DNA of 64,000 nucleotides from Deltaproteobacteria bacterium (GCA_038043525.1 JBBTBW010000006.1:77442-141441), one strand, 5' to 3'. Counted from the first letter of the stretch, positions 1-10,238 are shown. Notes: generated from the letters alone by a model not told the origin. Translations and numbers: made by a program.

Positions 1-72
1 GGCCAGCACGTCAGGTTGCTTAGCGCCTCTGAGCCGGATTAACCGATCGACCCCATCCGGCCTGATGGTCAT
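1..72 (-). CDS. 5' fragment of an unknown gene (MTIRPDGVDRLIRLRGAKQPDVLA...) running off the window start
   Basis: ATG at 72..70 on the minus strand, with the reading frame open to the window edge. The start lies immediately downstream of the histidine-kinase stop codon. Only 24 codons are visible. Confidence 0.2.
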   Translation of the reverse strand, partial: MTIRPDGVDRLIRLRGAKQPDVLA

Positions 73-164
73 CCTGCCATCAGAGGTCTTGCCGCTCCCT
101 CTTCAATTCCCCCTGAACGCCGCGCGATAAGCTTAAGGCAAGCGTCCTTTATGCGGATACTCGT

Positions 165-2108
165 CTATTGGTCCGCAAGCGGCAGATCGCCGTATCCGGG
201 TTGATTATTCTGGTCTGTTTTTTCTTCACTGCTGATGGCCGGCAGGTATATGGAAAAGGACGTCCCCTTGCCCGGAGAACTCTCGACGGTTATCCAGCCG
301 CCATGGTCTTTTATTATGCCGTAGACCATCGAAAGACCGAACCCGAAGCCCGTGCCCTCTTCTTTAGTAGTGAAAAAAGGCTCGAATATCTGCTCGACAA
401 GGTCTTTGTCCATGCCGATGCCTGTATCTGATATGCTGAGCCTGACCGCCTCGCATGGGTGTGCGCCGGGGATGGATGCGGACTGTGCGAACGATACCGT
501 GGTGTTCTCTGTCTTTATTGTAAGTGTGCCGCCTCCTGACATCGCATCCCTTGCGTTTCCGGCAAGATTCATTATCACCTGCCCGATACTGCTCGCGTCA
601 GCCGTTATGGAGTATGGGCGCTCCTCAAACTCGGTCCTGACCTCGATGCCTGAGCCTATAAGCCTTGTGACCATCCCCAATATTTCCGTGACGGCCTTGT
701 TTATGTCTATGGGCCTTTTTTCTTCCGCGTGCCCCTTGGCGAATATCATAAGCTGTTTGACGAGTCTGGAAGCGCTGGCAGCCGAGAGCAGTATCCCTTC
801 TATCCTCTTTTTCAGAGGGTCGCTCTCACCCATCGTTTCGAACGCAAGCTCGGCGTTGCCTTCTATCGAGGTGAGGATATTGTTAAAGTCATGCGCTATG
901 CCGCCGGCAAACCTGCCTACCGCCTCCATCTTGGCCGCCTGATAAAGACGACGCTGTGCTAATTCTTTCTCCCGTTCAGCGCGTTTGCGCTCGGTTATGT
1001 CCCTTATGGTCCCGGTAAAGTTTTTCCCTCCTGCGCATGAAAAACTTCCCAGTGCGATCTCTATGGGGAATACCTCCCCGTTTTTTCTCAGGCCCTCAAG
1101 TTCGAGTATCCGCCCCTGGGCTGAGGTCGATCCGGTATCCAAGAACCTGTGGAGCGCCTTGCTGTGCCTCTTCCTGTAAGGCTCCGGCATGAGGCGTATT
1201 ACCATCATACCGATAAGCTCTTCCCGACGATACCCGAATATCCTCTCGGCTGTCGAGTTTACGTCTATGATTGTATCAGTGGTATCAGCCGTGATTATAG
1301 CGTCGAAGGCCGTGTCATGGACGAGCCGGTAGCGCGCCTCGCTCTGCCTGAGGGCGTTTTCAGCGTACTTGCGCTCTGTGATGTCCTCTCCGGAGCTTAA
1401 TGTCCCGGTAGGCCGTCCGTCTTCCTTGAGAACGGTATTATGCCAGAGTATGATCTTTTCATGCCCGTCAGCAGTGAGGACCGCGTTCTCATAGTACCCG
1501 GCGTACTCGTAGTCGCCGTTCATCAGACTTCTGAATACGGCCCGTATCTCATGGCGCGACCTTTCAGGCACGAATGATGATATCCAGTCCTTCCCGAGGA
1601 TATCAGCCTCACTACAGCCCAGTATTTCAAGCCCTTTTTTGTTGATGAGCGTTACCCTGGCATCCGTGTCGAGTACGACTATCACCACCCCGGCTATATC
1701 AAGATAACCCTGTGCCAGCTCACGCTCGCGTCCTTTGCTTTCTTCTGCGGCCGCAACCTGAGAGACCATCTTTATGAGCGGACGGAACAGGAAAAAATAG
1801 AGTATCGGTGAGAGCGTGGCGACGAGGAGGAGCGGGTCGAGGAAGATTCGCCACACAGTGGAAAGACCGGGGAAGGCCTCGAGGCCGAGCATGACGATCA
1901 TCTCTGTGATGATAATGGAGAGTGCGATTACAGCCAGGGTCCGTCTGGGTTCTGTATAGGCGCCGCGCCTCTCTGATTGTTTTTTCAGGGCCGTCGTCTT
2001 ATCTCCAGGTCTCAGTACCACGGCATATCTCCGATGATTGTATATGTGAGTAAGTCTGGAAGAACGCACCTGACGGGATATTCTCACGGCCAACGGCCTG
2101 CCAGGCAA
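165..2108 (-). CDS. Sensor histidine kinase with two TM helices, two PAS domains, HisKA and HATPase_c
   Basis: The 647-aa ORF has an H-box (GIAHDFNNILTSIEG), an N-box/G-boxes (NLAGNARDA, DTGIGMD, GTGFGFGL), PAS-like segments and two N-terminal hydrophobic helices. The exact start is uncertain. Confidence 0.85.
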   Translation of the reverse strand: MPGRPLAVRISRQVRSSRLTHIYNHRRYAVVLRPGDKTTALKKQSERRGAYTEPRRTLAVIALSIIITEMIVMLGLEAFPGLSTVWRIFLDPLLLVATLSPILYFFLFRPLIKMVSQVAAAEESKGRERELAQGYLDIAGVVIVVLDTDARVTLINKKGLEILGCSEADILGKDWISSFVPERSRHEIRAVFRSLMNGDYEYAGYYENAVLTADGHEKIILWHNTVLKEDGRPTGTLSSGEDITERKYAENALRQSEARYRLVHDTAFDAIITADTTDTIIDVNSTAERIFGYRREELIGMMVIRLMPEPYRKRHSKALHRFLDTGSTSAQGRILELEGLRKNGEVFPIEIALGSFSCAGGKNFTGTIRDITERKRAEREKELAQRRLYQAAKMEAVGRFAGGIAHDFNNILTSIEGNAELAFETMGESDPLKKRIEGILLSAASASRLVKQLMIFAKGHAEEKRPIDINKAVTEILGMVTRLIGSGIEVRTEFEERPYSITADASSIGQVIMNLAGNARDAMSGGGTLTIKTENTTVSFAQSASIPGAHPCEAVRLSISDTGIGMDKDLVEQIFEPFFTTKEEGTGFGFGLSMVYGIIKDHGGWITVESSPGKGTSFSIYLPAISSEEKTDQNNQPGYGDLPLADQ

Positions 2109-2345
2109 CTTATGCAGGACTTCATTGAGAGTATATATCGTAAAAGACGGTTGTGCCGCCTGCCTTAAGAGATTTTTTTACAGGAGGGTCCCTTGACACC
2201 GGGTTTTTTTTGTGTAAGTTTGAGCTGTGTATTAGAGGCTGAACTCGCCGTAAGCGGTCCCGCTCCTGAAACTCCGCACTCTTTAAGAGTCAAAAGGGTT
2301 CTTCGCACAGCTGGAAAATAATGATCAAAGGGAGGTTTTGAAAGG

Positions 2346-3122
2346 ATGAAAAGGACTAAGATGATGATCTTATTCGTATCCGCGCTGTCTCTTATTCTGC
2401 CGTCTATTGCCGCGGCGTATCCCAACGGGACCCCGATGTATGTTACCGACGCCGCGCCGTTTTGCGCCTCGTGCCACTCGGCGGCAAAGGCACAGTACAT
2501 GCCGGAACTGCCTGCTGAGGCGGCCAGAAAAGAGACCCCTGAGTTCAAGCATTATTCTCTTGTGAAGATGCCTGTGATGCCTTCGCCGTACGCGGAGCTG
2601 ACGGTTGAACAGAAGGAGAGGCTCATTAAAAATGCTCAGCAGATAGATTCCAGGTCGAGTGTCATTGTCAGCGCGCCGTTGAAGGCCAAGGCAGGTCAGA
2701 CCATAACCGTTACAGTCAAGGCGGCCGGAGGCAACGGCCCTGCGATAGGCATCATGCTTGTCGACGGGGCTTTGCGGTTTCAGTCGAGTCCGATCTCAGC
2801 TTCAGGCTGGACGATAGTCGGTGAACCTGAGGTGAGGGGGCAGGGTGGAAAGATACAGACCGAGTGGCTGGATAAGCGGCTTAAGGGCCTCTCCAGGTCC
2901 ATTAATTATGTAAATATCGAGGGGCAGGCCTTTGATCCGTCTAAAGAGATATACCCTGAGGCAACGGTGGTCTACACCTTGCGGGCGCCTTCTCAGCCCG
3001 GAGTCTATGTGATAGCCGCAGCATTTTTGTACGGCACAGAGAACGCCGAGTCAGCAGGTTTTTTCCAGAGGCCGTCCGGGAGGATCCTTTTTTCTGAGGA
3101 GGCCGGGGTGAAGGTGGAGTAG
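2346..3122 (+). CDS. Secreted putative monohaem c-type cytochrome / Ig-like domain protein
   Basis: Signal peptide (MKRTKMMILFVSALSLILPSIAAA) followed by a single CxxCH (CASCH). The remainder is beta-rich. Confidence 0.4.
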   Translation: MKRTKMMILFVSALSLILPSIAAAYPNGTPMYVTDAAPFCASCHSAAKAQYMPELPAEAARKETPEFKHYSLVKMPVMPSPYAELTVEQKERLIKNAQQIDSRSSVIVSAPLKAKAGQTITVTVKAAGGNGPAIGIMLVDGALRFQSSPISASGWTIVGEPEVRGQGGKIQTEWLDKRLKGLSRSINYVNIEGQAFDPSKEIYPEATVVYTLRAPSQPGVYVIAAAFLYGTENAESAGFFQRPSGRILFSEEAGVKVE

Positions 3123-3185
3123 TCTCGGGCAAGGTCCGACAGAGGTTCTTTATAGCAGGCGCAGGTTTTTTCAGGCTTAACGTTA

Positions 3186-3236
3186 ATACAAAGGCCTTAT
3201 TGCGGGCGAGAGCGCCCGCAATAAGGCCTTTGTATT
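3186..3236. terminator. Perfect 51-bp palindrome (24-bp arms) between convergent genes, acting as a bidirectional terminator
   Basis: aatacaaaggccttattgcgggcgagagcgcccgcaataaggcctttgtatt is self-complementary. It lies between the stop of 2346..3122 (+) and the stop of 3286..3459 (-). Confidence 0.6.
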
Positions 3237-3285
3237 TCGCGGTCCTCTTCGGACCGTATTTTTAATGCATCTACGGCAGTCCTGC

Positions 3286-3459
3286 TCAGTTGGCCTTTTC
3301 CAGGCCTTCGACCATCTCAACGAACATATTCGTCCTGATCGTCGTCTTTTCGCCGCAACCCGGGCATTCTAGGATCTTACCGATAGTAAGTTCTTTAGCC
3401 TTTTTCTTGAATTCCTTCTGACATGCAGGGCATGTGATGTTTATTATTACGTCAGCCAT
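3286..3459 (-). CDS. Small zinc-ribbon protein (CPxC...CPGC)
   Basis: MADVIINITCPACQ...ECPGCG has two CxxC pairs. A strong RBS (AAGGAG) sits 8 nt upstream of the ATG at 3459. The longer ORF in the track (to 3546) lacks an RBS. Confidence 0.55.
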   Translation of the reverse strand: MADVIINITCPACQKEFKKKAKELTIGKILECPGCGEKTTIRTNMFVEMVEGLEKAN

Positions 3460-3678
3460 TGTAGTACTCCTTTGATTTGATATTATGAATTTAACATAAA
3501 ATACGGTTCGAATGCAAATCAGGTATATAAAAGGGTCGTGTCCCATGCGGCAAGCTCTTTTTTTTTAGGCTATGATCTGATGATTTTGAACGGGTTGGCT
3601 GGCTTATGGCCATCTTACACCCACGGCGGTATGGAAGGCCTGTTAAAATGCTGGTTCAATTTTGTAAATTGAACACTT

Positions 3679-3741
3679 GGACTCCGTAATCCCTGTCAGG
3701 CCACGGACTTGGGGCTTAGGTTGCGAGCTTGAACCCGCAGA
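3679..3741. repeat. Left copy of a 63-bp imperfect direct repeat (about 90% identity) bounding an AT-rich insert
   Basis: ggactccgtaatccctgtcaggccacggacttggggcttaggttgcgagcttgaacccgcaga matches 4793..4855 with 6 mismatches. Confidence 0.8.
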
Positions 3742-3884
3742 GAATATGTCGGCTTAAATTGACTTTATCAGTCTGTTGAAGTATTTTATCCTGTAAGATC
3801 CTGCAACTTTCTATACAGAAAGAAACAGCTGTGTTTGCCTTTTTATACGGACTGTATAATTGTTGTTATGCATAACGAGGGAGC

Positions 3885-4385
3885 ATGGAAGAGTTTCTGA
3901 ATCAGATTGAGGATTCTTACAAAATTGGTCACTTCTACCTAGCATTGTTCTGTTGTCTTACTCTTCCCGACATTTGCGGGGCGATATCGTCCGACGACGG
4001 AATAGCAACTGGTCAAAAGTACAAGAACTGGTTTAATACTTACGTTGCACCAAATTATGGAGGGAATTTCAATGGAAGCAACTGCTATGCGTTCAGGTGC
4101 GCGGCTCTACACCAAGGTAGGTCTGATCACAGGGATCTTGGTTACGCGAGGATAGTTTTTCTAGTTCCAACCGCTACAAATGAATCGCTCATGCATAACA
4201 ATGTGTTAAACGACTCACTTAATCTAGACGTAGTAGCGTTTTGTCATGATATAGTCGGTGCGGTTCGAACTTGGATGCGCTGCGAAGCGTCGAAGCCGGT
4301 CTTTCAAAGAAATATGGCAACATTTTTAAAACGCCATGAAGGTGGGCTTGAACCATATATCGTTGGTACCGACGTGTTAAGTTAA
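3885..4385 (+). CDS. Hypothetical protein (166 aa) inside the AT-rich insert
   Basis: Clean ORF, low GC relative to its surroundings, and no recognisable motif other than an Rx4H dipeptide pattern (RCAALH). Confidence 0.5.
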   Translation: MEEFLNQIEDSYKIGHFYLALFCCLTLPDICGAISSDDGIATGQKYKNWFNTYVAPNYGGNFNGSNCYAFRCAALHQGRSDHRDLGYARIVFLVPTATNESLMHNNVLNDSLNLDVVAFCHDIVGAVRTWMRCEASKPVFQRNMATFLKRHEGGLEPYIVGTDVLS

Positions 4386-4399
4386 GAGGAGAAAGCTTC

Positions 4400-4732
4400 A
4401 TGCCAATTTACGAATATGAATGCCCAAGTTGCAGCGCGCGCTTTGAGGAACTACGAAAAATAGCAGAACGTGACCAATTGCTTCGGTGCACAGCCTGCGG
4501 ATCAAACGTAGTTCGCGTTTTAAGTTCTCCTAACCTTTTGTTGAATGCGAATAGCAGATCGAGCAAAACCCTAGGGTCATCAGAGTCAGTTGTGGCTGAT
4601 GTTCAGATCACGAACGGCACCTTTAAAAACTCTAACATTGGCATAAGTCTTCCAGAGGGTGCGAAGGTTACGATGAAGGGTAGCAAATTCGAGAATGTTA
4701 AGACTCCGGTGGAGTTTAGAAAGAAGAAGTAA
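4400..4732 (+). CDS. FmdB-family zinc-ribbon protein with a low-complexity tail
   Basis: The N-terminus MPIYEYECPSCSARFE...CTACGS is the canonical FmdB/CxxC-x17-CxxC zinc ribbon. A GAGGAG RBS sits upstream and the gene starts 15 nt after the preceding ORF. Confidence 0.65.
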   Translation: MPIYEYECPSCSARFEELRKIAERDQLLRCTACGSNVVRVLSSPNLLLNANSRSSKTLGSSESVVADVQITNGTFKNSNIGISLPEGAKVTMKGSKFENVKTPVEFRKKK

Positions 4733-4792
4733 TAGCGTGAACGTTGCTACGCATAACCAATCGGTTCCTTCGTCGCTTTGCTTTTTTATGCT

Positions 4793-4855
4793 GGAATCCG
4801 TAATCCCTGTCAGGCCACGGACTTGGGGTTCAGGTTGCAAGCCTAAACCCGCAGA
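4793..4855. repeat. Right copy of the 63-bp direct repeat
   Basis: ggaatccgtaatccctgtcaggccacggacttggggttcaggttgcaagcctaaacccgcaga. Confidence 0.8.
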
Positions 4856-4880
4856 CAGGTTCGCGGCCAAAGCGCGCGTA

Positions 4881-5351
4881 TCAGTCTTCGTCCGGGACCT
4901 TGCAGCCTATCATGGAGAGGAAGTTTCTCTGCTCGGCGGAGAGCCTGTGCTGGCAGACATACCAGCTGACGGTGTGGATGCGCACCCAGCCTATCTTCTC
5001 AAGCTCCGCGACCTTCATCCCAAGGACGCAATGCGCAAGCATGTCATGTAGCCAGGCAGGGCATCCGTAGAACCGCCCTTCCCTTGAGAGCCAGCCTGAG
5101 ATAAGCGTCTGGTTGTGGAGCGGCGTCTTCTTCCAGTCGAGTTCGGTTATGTGGAATACCTCGACCGTCGCGTCTATGACGTCTTCCGGGTGCTTCTCAC
5201 GCCAGAGGCTCTTGACTATGTTCAGCCAGTGCTCGCCCTTATCAAGCATCCAGAAGAAAGGCCTGGGCTGTTCATCCTTTCTGATATGGGGAGAGACAAG
5301 ATGATATATGAGTTTTTCTTCGTTGTGCATCCTGTGTCTCCGCTCCATAGC
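4881..5351 (-). CDS. Hypothetical protein
   Basis: The ORF at 4881..5459 would overlap tRNA-Phe, so the internal Met (MERRHRMHNEEKL) at 5351 was chosen as the start. No family was recognised. Confidence 0.4.
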   Translation of the reverse strand, partial: AMERRHRMHNEEKLIYHLVSPHIRKDEQPRPFFWMLDKGEHWLNIVKSLWREKHPEDVIDATVEVFHITELDWKKTPLHNQTLISGWLSREGRFYGCPAWLHDMLAHCVLGMKVAELEKIGWVRIHTVSWYVCQHRLSAEQRNFLSMIGCKVPDED

Positions 5352-5426
5352 GCCGATGAGCTTCAATGAGAACATGTATGGATAAAAAAAAGGCTCAGGC
5401 GATAGCCGGAACCTTATGAGTTTATA

Positions 5427-5502
<76 letters not shown>

Positions 5503-5935
5503 ATAAGGCATTTGAACGACTATTTTCATGTATGCGCTACTGTTTAAAACGATACGGCCTTGGCACGCGATTTATAGCGCAACTTTAGCCGACCGGTAAA
5601 GAACCATGATTTTAACAGATAGAACGGTTTAGTCAAGGGTTTTGTGGTCTTGGCGAAAGAGGTTTTATCTGGCCGTTTAGAGCCGTTTTTTTGCAGGGGC
5701 TCAGGCGGCGCTTTAGGATTACAATCTTAGGCCCGTCAGATGACGCCACAACGGCATAACAAAGCATCTCATGGCAAGTTCATCGTAAAGGAGGCTTTCC
5801 GGCGCTCTGGCGCGACCGGCCGGGGTATTGCCCGGACGCCTTTCAACTGATAAATGGACAGCGCCTTTCATATCAGCTAAAATATCGTTTTGCCCGCAAG
5901 GGCGATATTATCTTCAGATCAGGGGTTATTTTTTT

Positions 5936-7765
5936 ATGTCGAACGCAGGCAAAAGGACCGGCGCTGTTGCTGGCCCTCTTATACTCATCGCCATAGGCGC
6001 ATTTATGGCCTGGATGAGCTGGCTCAGGTGGCCGGACCTTATCGTGGACTTCGGAAGGGAGGTCTATGTCCCCTGGCAGCTTTCTCTCGGAGAGATCCTC
6101 TACAGGGACATAGCTTATTTCAATGGCCCGTTGTCTCCGTATCTCAACGCCGCTGTCTTCAAGGTCTTTGGCGTTTCTATCCTCGCCATGGAACTAGCGA
6201 ATATTTTCTTCATAGGTCTCATCACATTCGTCGTCTACAGGGTCTTTGAGACTAAAGGCGACAGGGTTGCGCCTGTTATGATCGGGATGATGTTCCTTGT
6301 CATATTCGCCTTTGCCAAGTATTTTCCGATGGGCAGTTATAACTTCGTCGCCCCTTATTCTCATGAGCTTGTTCACGGGACACTTGTCTCGTTTCTAGCG
6401 ATATACATGCTCAAGCGTTATCTGCAGGGCCCAAGTGTTATCTGGATAGGGGCGGCAGGTCTCTTTACCGGGCTTGCGTTGCTTACAAAGGTGGAGGTCG
6501 CAGTCTCTGCTGTCGTTTCGGTGGCCATAGGGCTTATGGTCATCGTCTGGCTTGAGAGGGCGGCGGCCGTACGCGTAAAGAATCTTATACTCGCATTCAT
6601 CGCAGGTCTTCTGGCGCCTCTCGTCGCCTTTATAGGTTTTTTAAGTCTTTATATGGGGCTTGGCAACGCAGTCAAGGGCGCATTCGGATCATGGCTGATC
6701 CTTGCCACTACCGGCATAGCCTCAAGCTCGTTCTATACGCGGATGATGGGCCTTGACAAGGTCGGACAGAACCTGGGGCTGGTCTTCGAGTATGGCCTCT
6801 GGTGGGCCGTTGTCCTTCTTATCCCATTAGCGGCAACATATCTGCTCCGCAATAACCCATTTGCGAAGAGGCACGGCTGGGCCATTGCGTTTGTTATCTC
6901 AGCGGGTGCGGCCATCTACTTCCTCGGCTCGGTATCGTGGCTCTTGATATTCAGGCCTCTCCCGCTCTTTGTCATCGCTATCATCATCGTCCTTTGGGCA
7001 GGTCTCATGCATGCAAGGCATGACAGGGAGTCATGGTCAAGGGCAGTACCGCTCCTTTCAATAGCCGTATTTTCCATTCTGATGCTCCTGAAAATTGTCC
7101 TCAACTCGCAGGTCAATGGCTACGGCTTTGTCTTGGCAATGCCCGGAGCCCTTCTGACCATTTACATGATAATCTCCAGGATGCCTGCGGCATTGGAAAA
7201 GAGGTGGGGATCTTCTTCTACCTTCAGGGGTTCTATCCTTGCTGTCGTCCTTGTCATCTTCGGATGGCATCTGTTGGAGGAGTGGAAGTATTACAGGCCG
7301 CTGACGTATCCTGTAGGCAAGGGCGGCGACACTATCCTCACCTATCCGCCCGAATCGGTAGGAGTCGGCTTCGGCATGAACGTACTCCTTGAAAATATCG
7401 AAAGGATAATGGGGCCTGAAGAGGGTTTTGTCGTAATGCCTGAAGGCGCGCTCGTCAACTATCTCTCAAGGAGGCCGAACCCGACCGGCTTCATCAACTT
7501 CGTACCGGCGGACGTGCAGATGTTCGGCGAGTCAGCTATGCTTGCCGCTTTGAGGAATGCGCCTCCTGAGTTCATGATAATGATCAGCAGGGATACCTCT
7601 GAGTACGGGGCCGCATACCTGGGGCAGGGGTACGGCTACGGTCTCTTCTCGTTTGTCTCGTCAAGATATGAGCCGGTATTGCAGATAGGTAGCCCTGACT
7701 TTCTCGTTGAGTCGAAAGGGTTCAGTCAGCCGCTGGGCATGATAGTTATGAAGCGCATAGAGTAA
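5936..7765 (+). CDS. Polytopic membrane protein with a C-terminal soluble domain; possible GT-C-type glycosyltransferase
   Basis: More than 10 predicted TM helices followed by a roughly 180-aa hydrophilic C-terminus. The ATG at 5936 is preferred over the upstream TTG at 5828. The functional call is weak. Confidence 0.35.
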   Translation: MSNAGKRTGAVAGPLILIAIGAFMAWMSWLRWPDLIVDFGREVYVPWQLSLGEILYRDIAYFNGPLSPYLNAAVFKVFGVSILAMELANIFFIGLITFVVYRVFETKGDRVAPVMIGMMFLVIFAFAKYFPMGSYNFVAPYSHELVHGTLVSFLAIYMLKRYLQGPSVIWIGAAGLFTGLALLTKVEVAVSAVVSVAIGLMVIVWLERAAAVRVKNLILAFIAGLLAPLVAFIGFLSLYMGLGNAVKGAFGSWLILATTGIASSSFYTRMMGLDKVGQNLGLVFEYGLWWAVVLLIPLAATYLLRNNPFAKRHGWAIAFVISAGAAIYFLGSVSWLLIFRPLPLFVIAIIIVLWAGLMHARHDRESWSRAVPLLSIAVFSILMLLKIVLNSQVNGYGFVLAMPGALLTIYMIISRMPAALEKRWGSSSTFRGSILAVVLVIFGWHLLEEWKYYRPLTYPVGKGGDTILTYPPESVGVGFGMNVLLENIERIMGPEEGFVVMPEGALVNYLSRRPNPTGFINFVPADVQMFGESAMLAALRNAPPEFMIMISRDTSEYGAAYLGQGYGYGLFSFVSSRYEPVLQIGSPDFLVESKGFSQPLGMIVMKRIE

Positions 7766-8040
7766 AGAGTACGTCTGCCGTGTTTGTCAGGTTCTTCGAG
7801 GATCGGGCGGCAGAAGTTTGAAACAGCCATCAGAGCGAGCGCTGGCAGATGCTCATTAATTGTTTTATCGGATCGAATAGGGGCTGAAGAGGTCTTTCGG
7901 GATAGACTGTGTCGTATGTTTTTCAGGGCTGTTCGGATGTGGGCGGCCGGGTATGGAGGCAAGGGGCCGGAAGGAATGCGGCTGAGCCTTGGGCAGAGCC
8001 ACGTGATATTTTCAGGTGTAGATCCCTTGGAAGGCCGTAG

Positions 8041-8787
8041 CTACCCGATAGGCTCTCTGAGATCTCCTGTCTCGTATTGTATGATTGCGATTGCGGCCAG
8101 AGCCGCTGTCTCAGCCCGGAGTATCCTGGGCCCGATACTGACTGCGACGAAGCCTGCTTTTTCGGCAGCGGCGACATCTTCGACTGAGAAACCGCCTTCA
8201 GGCCCGACTGCGACGACGATCGCACTGTCAAGGTCGGCGTTTTTAAGTGCCTCTTTTATTGAGATTGTCTTACCAGTACCTTCCCATAGTATCAGTCTGA
8301 TCCCCTCGGTACATCCCATGACCGCGTCTTTGAAGGCGGCTACAGGCGTTAGTTCAGGCAAGCGCGTCCTGCCGCACTGTTTGGCGGCCTCGATAGCGGC
8401 CTTCCTCCACCTTGTCCATTTTGTCTTTGAACCGTTTGATATCGGGATAGTCCTTGAAGTGGTGAAAAACGTGATCGTAGCTGCTCCAAGCTCTGTAGCC
8501 TTTTGGATCACGAACTCCGGCTTGTCTGATTTGAGAAGGCCTTGCAGGAGCCTGATAGCTCTGGGGCTTTCAAGCCTGCCGTAAGCAGTCCCTTCGACAG
8601 AGACGATTGCGCAACCAGCCTCCATCGCCGTGATCCGGCCTTGGACTTCAAGACCCTTGCCGTCAAAGACCGCAAGATCGTCGCCCTGTTTGAGCCTCAA
8701 GACCCTTTTGAGGTGGGTGAACTCGTCACCTGAGATGCGCACAGACTCCGCTCCGGCAGTTATATCTTCCGAGAAAAAACGCCTCAT
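8041..8787 (-). CDS. rsmE: 16S rRNA (uracil1498-N3)-methyltransferase RsmE
   Basis: MRRFF...GDEFTHLKRVLRL...PEGGFS...AVSIGPRILRAETAA matches the RsmE PUA/SPOUT layout. The start overlaps the prmA stop by 4 nt. Confidence 0.8.
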   Translation of the reverse strand: MRRFFSEDITAGAESVRISGDEFTHLKRVLRLKQGDDLAVFDGKGLEVQGRITAMEAGCAIVSVEGTAYGRLESPRAIRLLQGLLKSDKPEFVIQKATELGAATITFFTTSRTIPISNGSKTKWTRWRKAAIEAAKQCGRTRLPELTPVAAFKDAVMGCTEGIRLILWEGTGKTISIKEALKNADLDSAIVVAVGPEGGFSVEDVAAAEKAGFVAVSIGPRILRAETAALAAIAIIQYETGDLREPIG

Positions 8788-9725
8788 CCGAGAGCCTTTT
8801 TGATGATGGTCGCCGCCCACTCGCCTGACGTATAGTCCTTGAACTCCTTGAAGCCGTGCGCCTTGAAGGCGTTTTTTACCGTCTCTCTCTCATGGACGAG
8901 TATGCCGGAGAGTATAAGGAACCCGTTGTCCGCGACCTTTGCCGAGAGGTCCGTTGACATGCGCATAAGGTCTCCGGCGAGTATGTTTGCCGCCACAAGC
9001 GGGAACCTGCCGCGTATTTTTTCAAGGGGCTTGAGCGTCATCAGGACAACGGCCTTGTTCATCCGCGCGTTCTTGCGGGCGACCGTGGCGGCCACATGGT
9101 CTATCTCAGTGCCGACGGCCATTTTTACGCCGAGTTTCTTTGCGGCTATCGCAAGGAGCCCTGTCCCTGTGCCGACGTCGAGCATCCCTGAAAGGAGTCT
9201 TTTCCGTTCACTCCCGAGCAGAAGCGTTGTAACGGCCTTCAGGCACATCCGGGTTGTCGCGTGGCCGCCTGTTCCGAATGCCATGCCCGGGTCGATCTCG
9301 ATCAGTATATCCCCTTTCTTCTTCGTAACGGTCTTCCATGTAGGCTTGACTATGACAGAGACGCCTTTGCACGTGACCTTGACCGTTTTTACGGATGCGC
9401 GCCAGGAGTGCGACCAGTCCCGGTCTTTGTAGTCTGATGTGGCCAGCCTCCAGCCGAGGCTTCTGAGGCGCTCATCGAGCCTTCTGACAAGGCCGGCGTC
9501 CTTTTGCGGGAGGTAGGCCTTGAGTACGGCCTCAGGGCTGTCAGATTCCGTAAAGGCCGGAAGCTCGCCCTCCCAGAGGCTATATGAGACGAGTGTGCCC
9601 ACGGCCGATGGTTTGTCTTCGATCTCTTCGACTCCCGGGCTGCCCGCCTCGATGAGCGCGAGTGTTGCCGCGTCCTTTTCCGGCCTCGGTCCGGCGGCCT
9701 TTATCTCGATCCATTCTTTTATCAC
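8784..9725 (-). CDS. prmA: Ribosomal protein L11 methyltransferase PrmA
   Basis: FGTGGHATTRMCL and the DVGTGTGLLAIAA SAM-binding motif, with PrmA length and layout. Confidence 0.85.
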   Translation of the reverse strand: MIKEWIEIKAAGPRPEKDAATLALIEAGSPGVEEIEDKPSAVGTLVSYSLWEGELPAFTESDSPEAVLKAYLPQKDAGLVRRLDERLRSLGWRLATSDYKDRDWSHSWRASVKTVKVTCKGVSVIVKPTWKTVTKKKGDILIEIDPGMAFGTGGHATTRMCLKAVTTLLLGSERKRLLSGMLDVGTGTGLLAIAAKKLGVKMAVGTEIDHVAATVARKNARMNKAVVLMTLKPLEKIRGRFPLVAANILAGDLMRMSTDLSAKVADNGFLILSGILVHERETVKNAFKAHGFKEFKDYTSGEWAATIIKKALG

Positions 9726-9749
9726 TATCCGTCCTTTGTCGTCCGATGG

Positions 9750-10238
9750 TTACGAGCGCATATTTATGTACTGGAGGTTTATGTCGAAGTCGCGCCCTTT
9801 AAGATCTTGTATCACAGCCTGGAGGTCGTCTATCTTCTTGCCTGTGACCCGTATCTGGTCATCTTGTATCTGCGGCTGGACCTTGACCTTCATCTCTTTT
9901 ATGATCTTGTTGATCTCCTTCGCCTTATCCGTAGGGATGCCCTGGCGGATCTTTACGACCTGCCTCTTCATGGAGCCTGAGGCGTCTTCCACCTTGCCGT
10001 AATCGAGCGATTTAAGAGAGACCCCGCGCTTGACAAACTTGGTCTGGAGTATCTCTATTATGTTCCGGAGCTTGCCGTCGTCATCGGCCAGGATGATGAT
10101 CTCCTCTTTCTTGTCCCACTTTATCTCGCTCTTTGAACCCTTGAAGTCGTACCTCTGCTGGATCTCCTTGATGGCCTGGTTCACTGCGTTGTCGATCTCC
10201 TGCACATCCGCGTTCGAGACGATATCAAATGACGGCAT
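9750..10238 (-). CDS. yajQ: YajQ-family (UPF0234) nucleotide / c-di-GMP-binding protein
   Basis: The MPSFDIVS...YDFKGS N-terminus and 162-aa length are typical of YajQ. Confidence 0.85.
   Translation of the reverse strand: MPSFDIVSNADVQEIDNAVNQAIKEIQQRYDFKGSKSEIKWDKKEEIIILADDDGKLRNIIEILQTKFVKRGVSLKSLDYGKVEDASGSMKRQVVKIRQGIPTDKAKEINKIIKEMKVKVQPQIQDDQIRVTGKKIDDLQAVIQDLKGRDFDINLQYINMRS

Noticed and set aside
352-1400. Several plus-strand ORFs (352..942, 729..962, 985..1179, 1149..1400) inside the histidine kinase gene
   Set aside because: These are shadow ORFs antisense to a well-supported kinase, with no RBS and low-complexity translations.
3885-4385. Calling the 166-aa island protein a HEPN toxin on the basis of its RCAALH (Rx4H) motif
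   Set aside because: An Rx4-6H dipeptide pattern alone is common by chance. It is mentioned only as a lead, not as an annotation.
5828-5935. TTG-initiated N-terminal extension of the membrane protein gene
   Set aside because: The ATG at 5936 is followed immediately by the first TM helix. The extension (MPGRLSTDKWTAPFISAKISFCPQGRYYLQIRGYFF) looks like translated promoter DNA.
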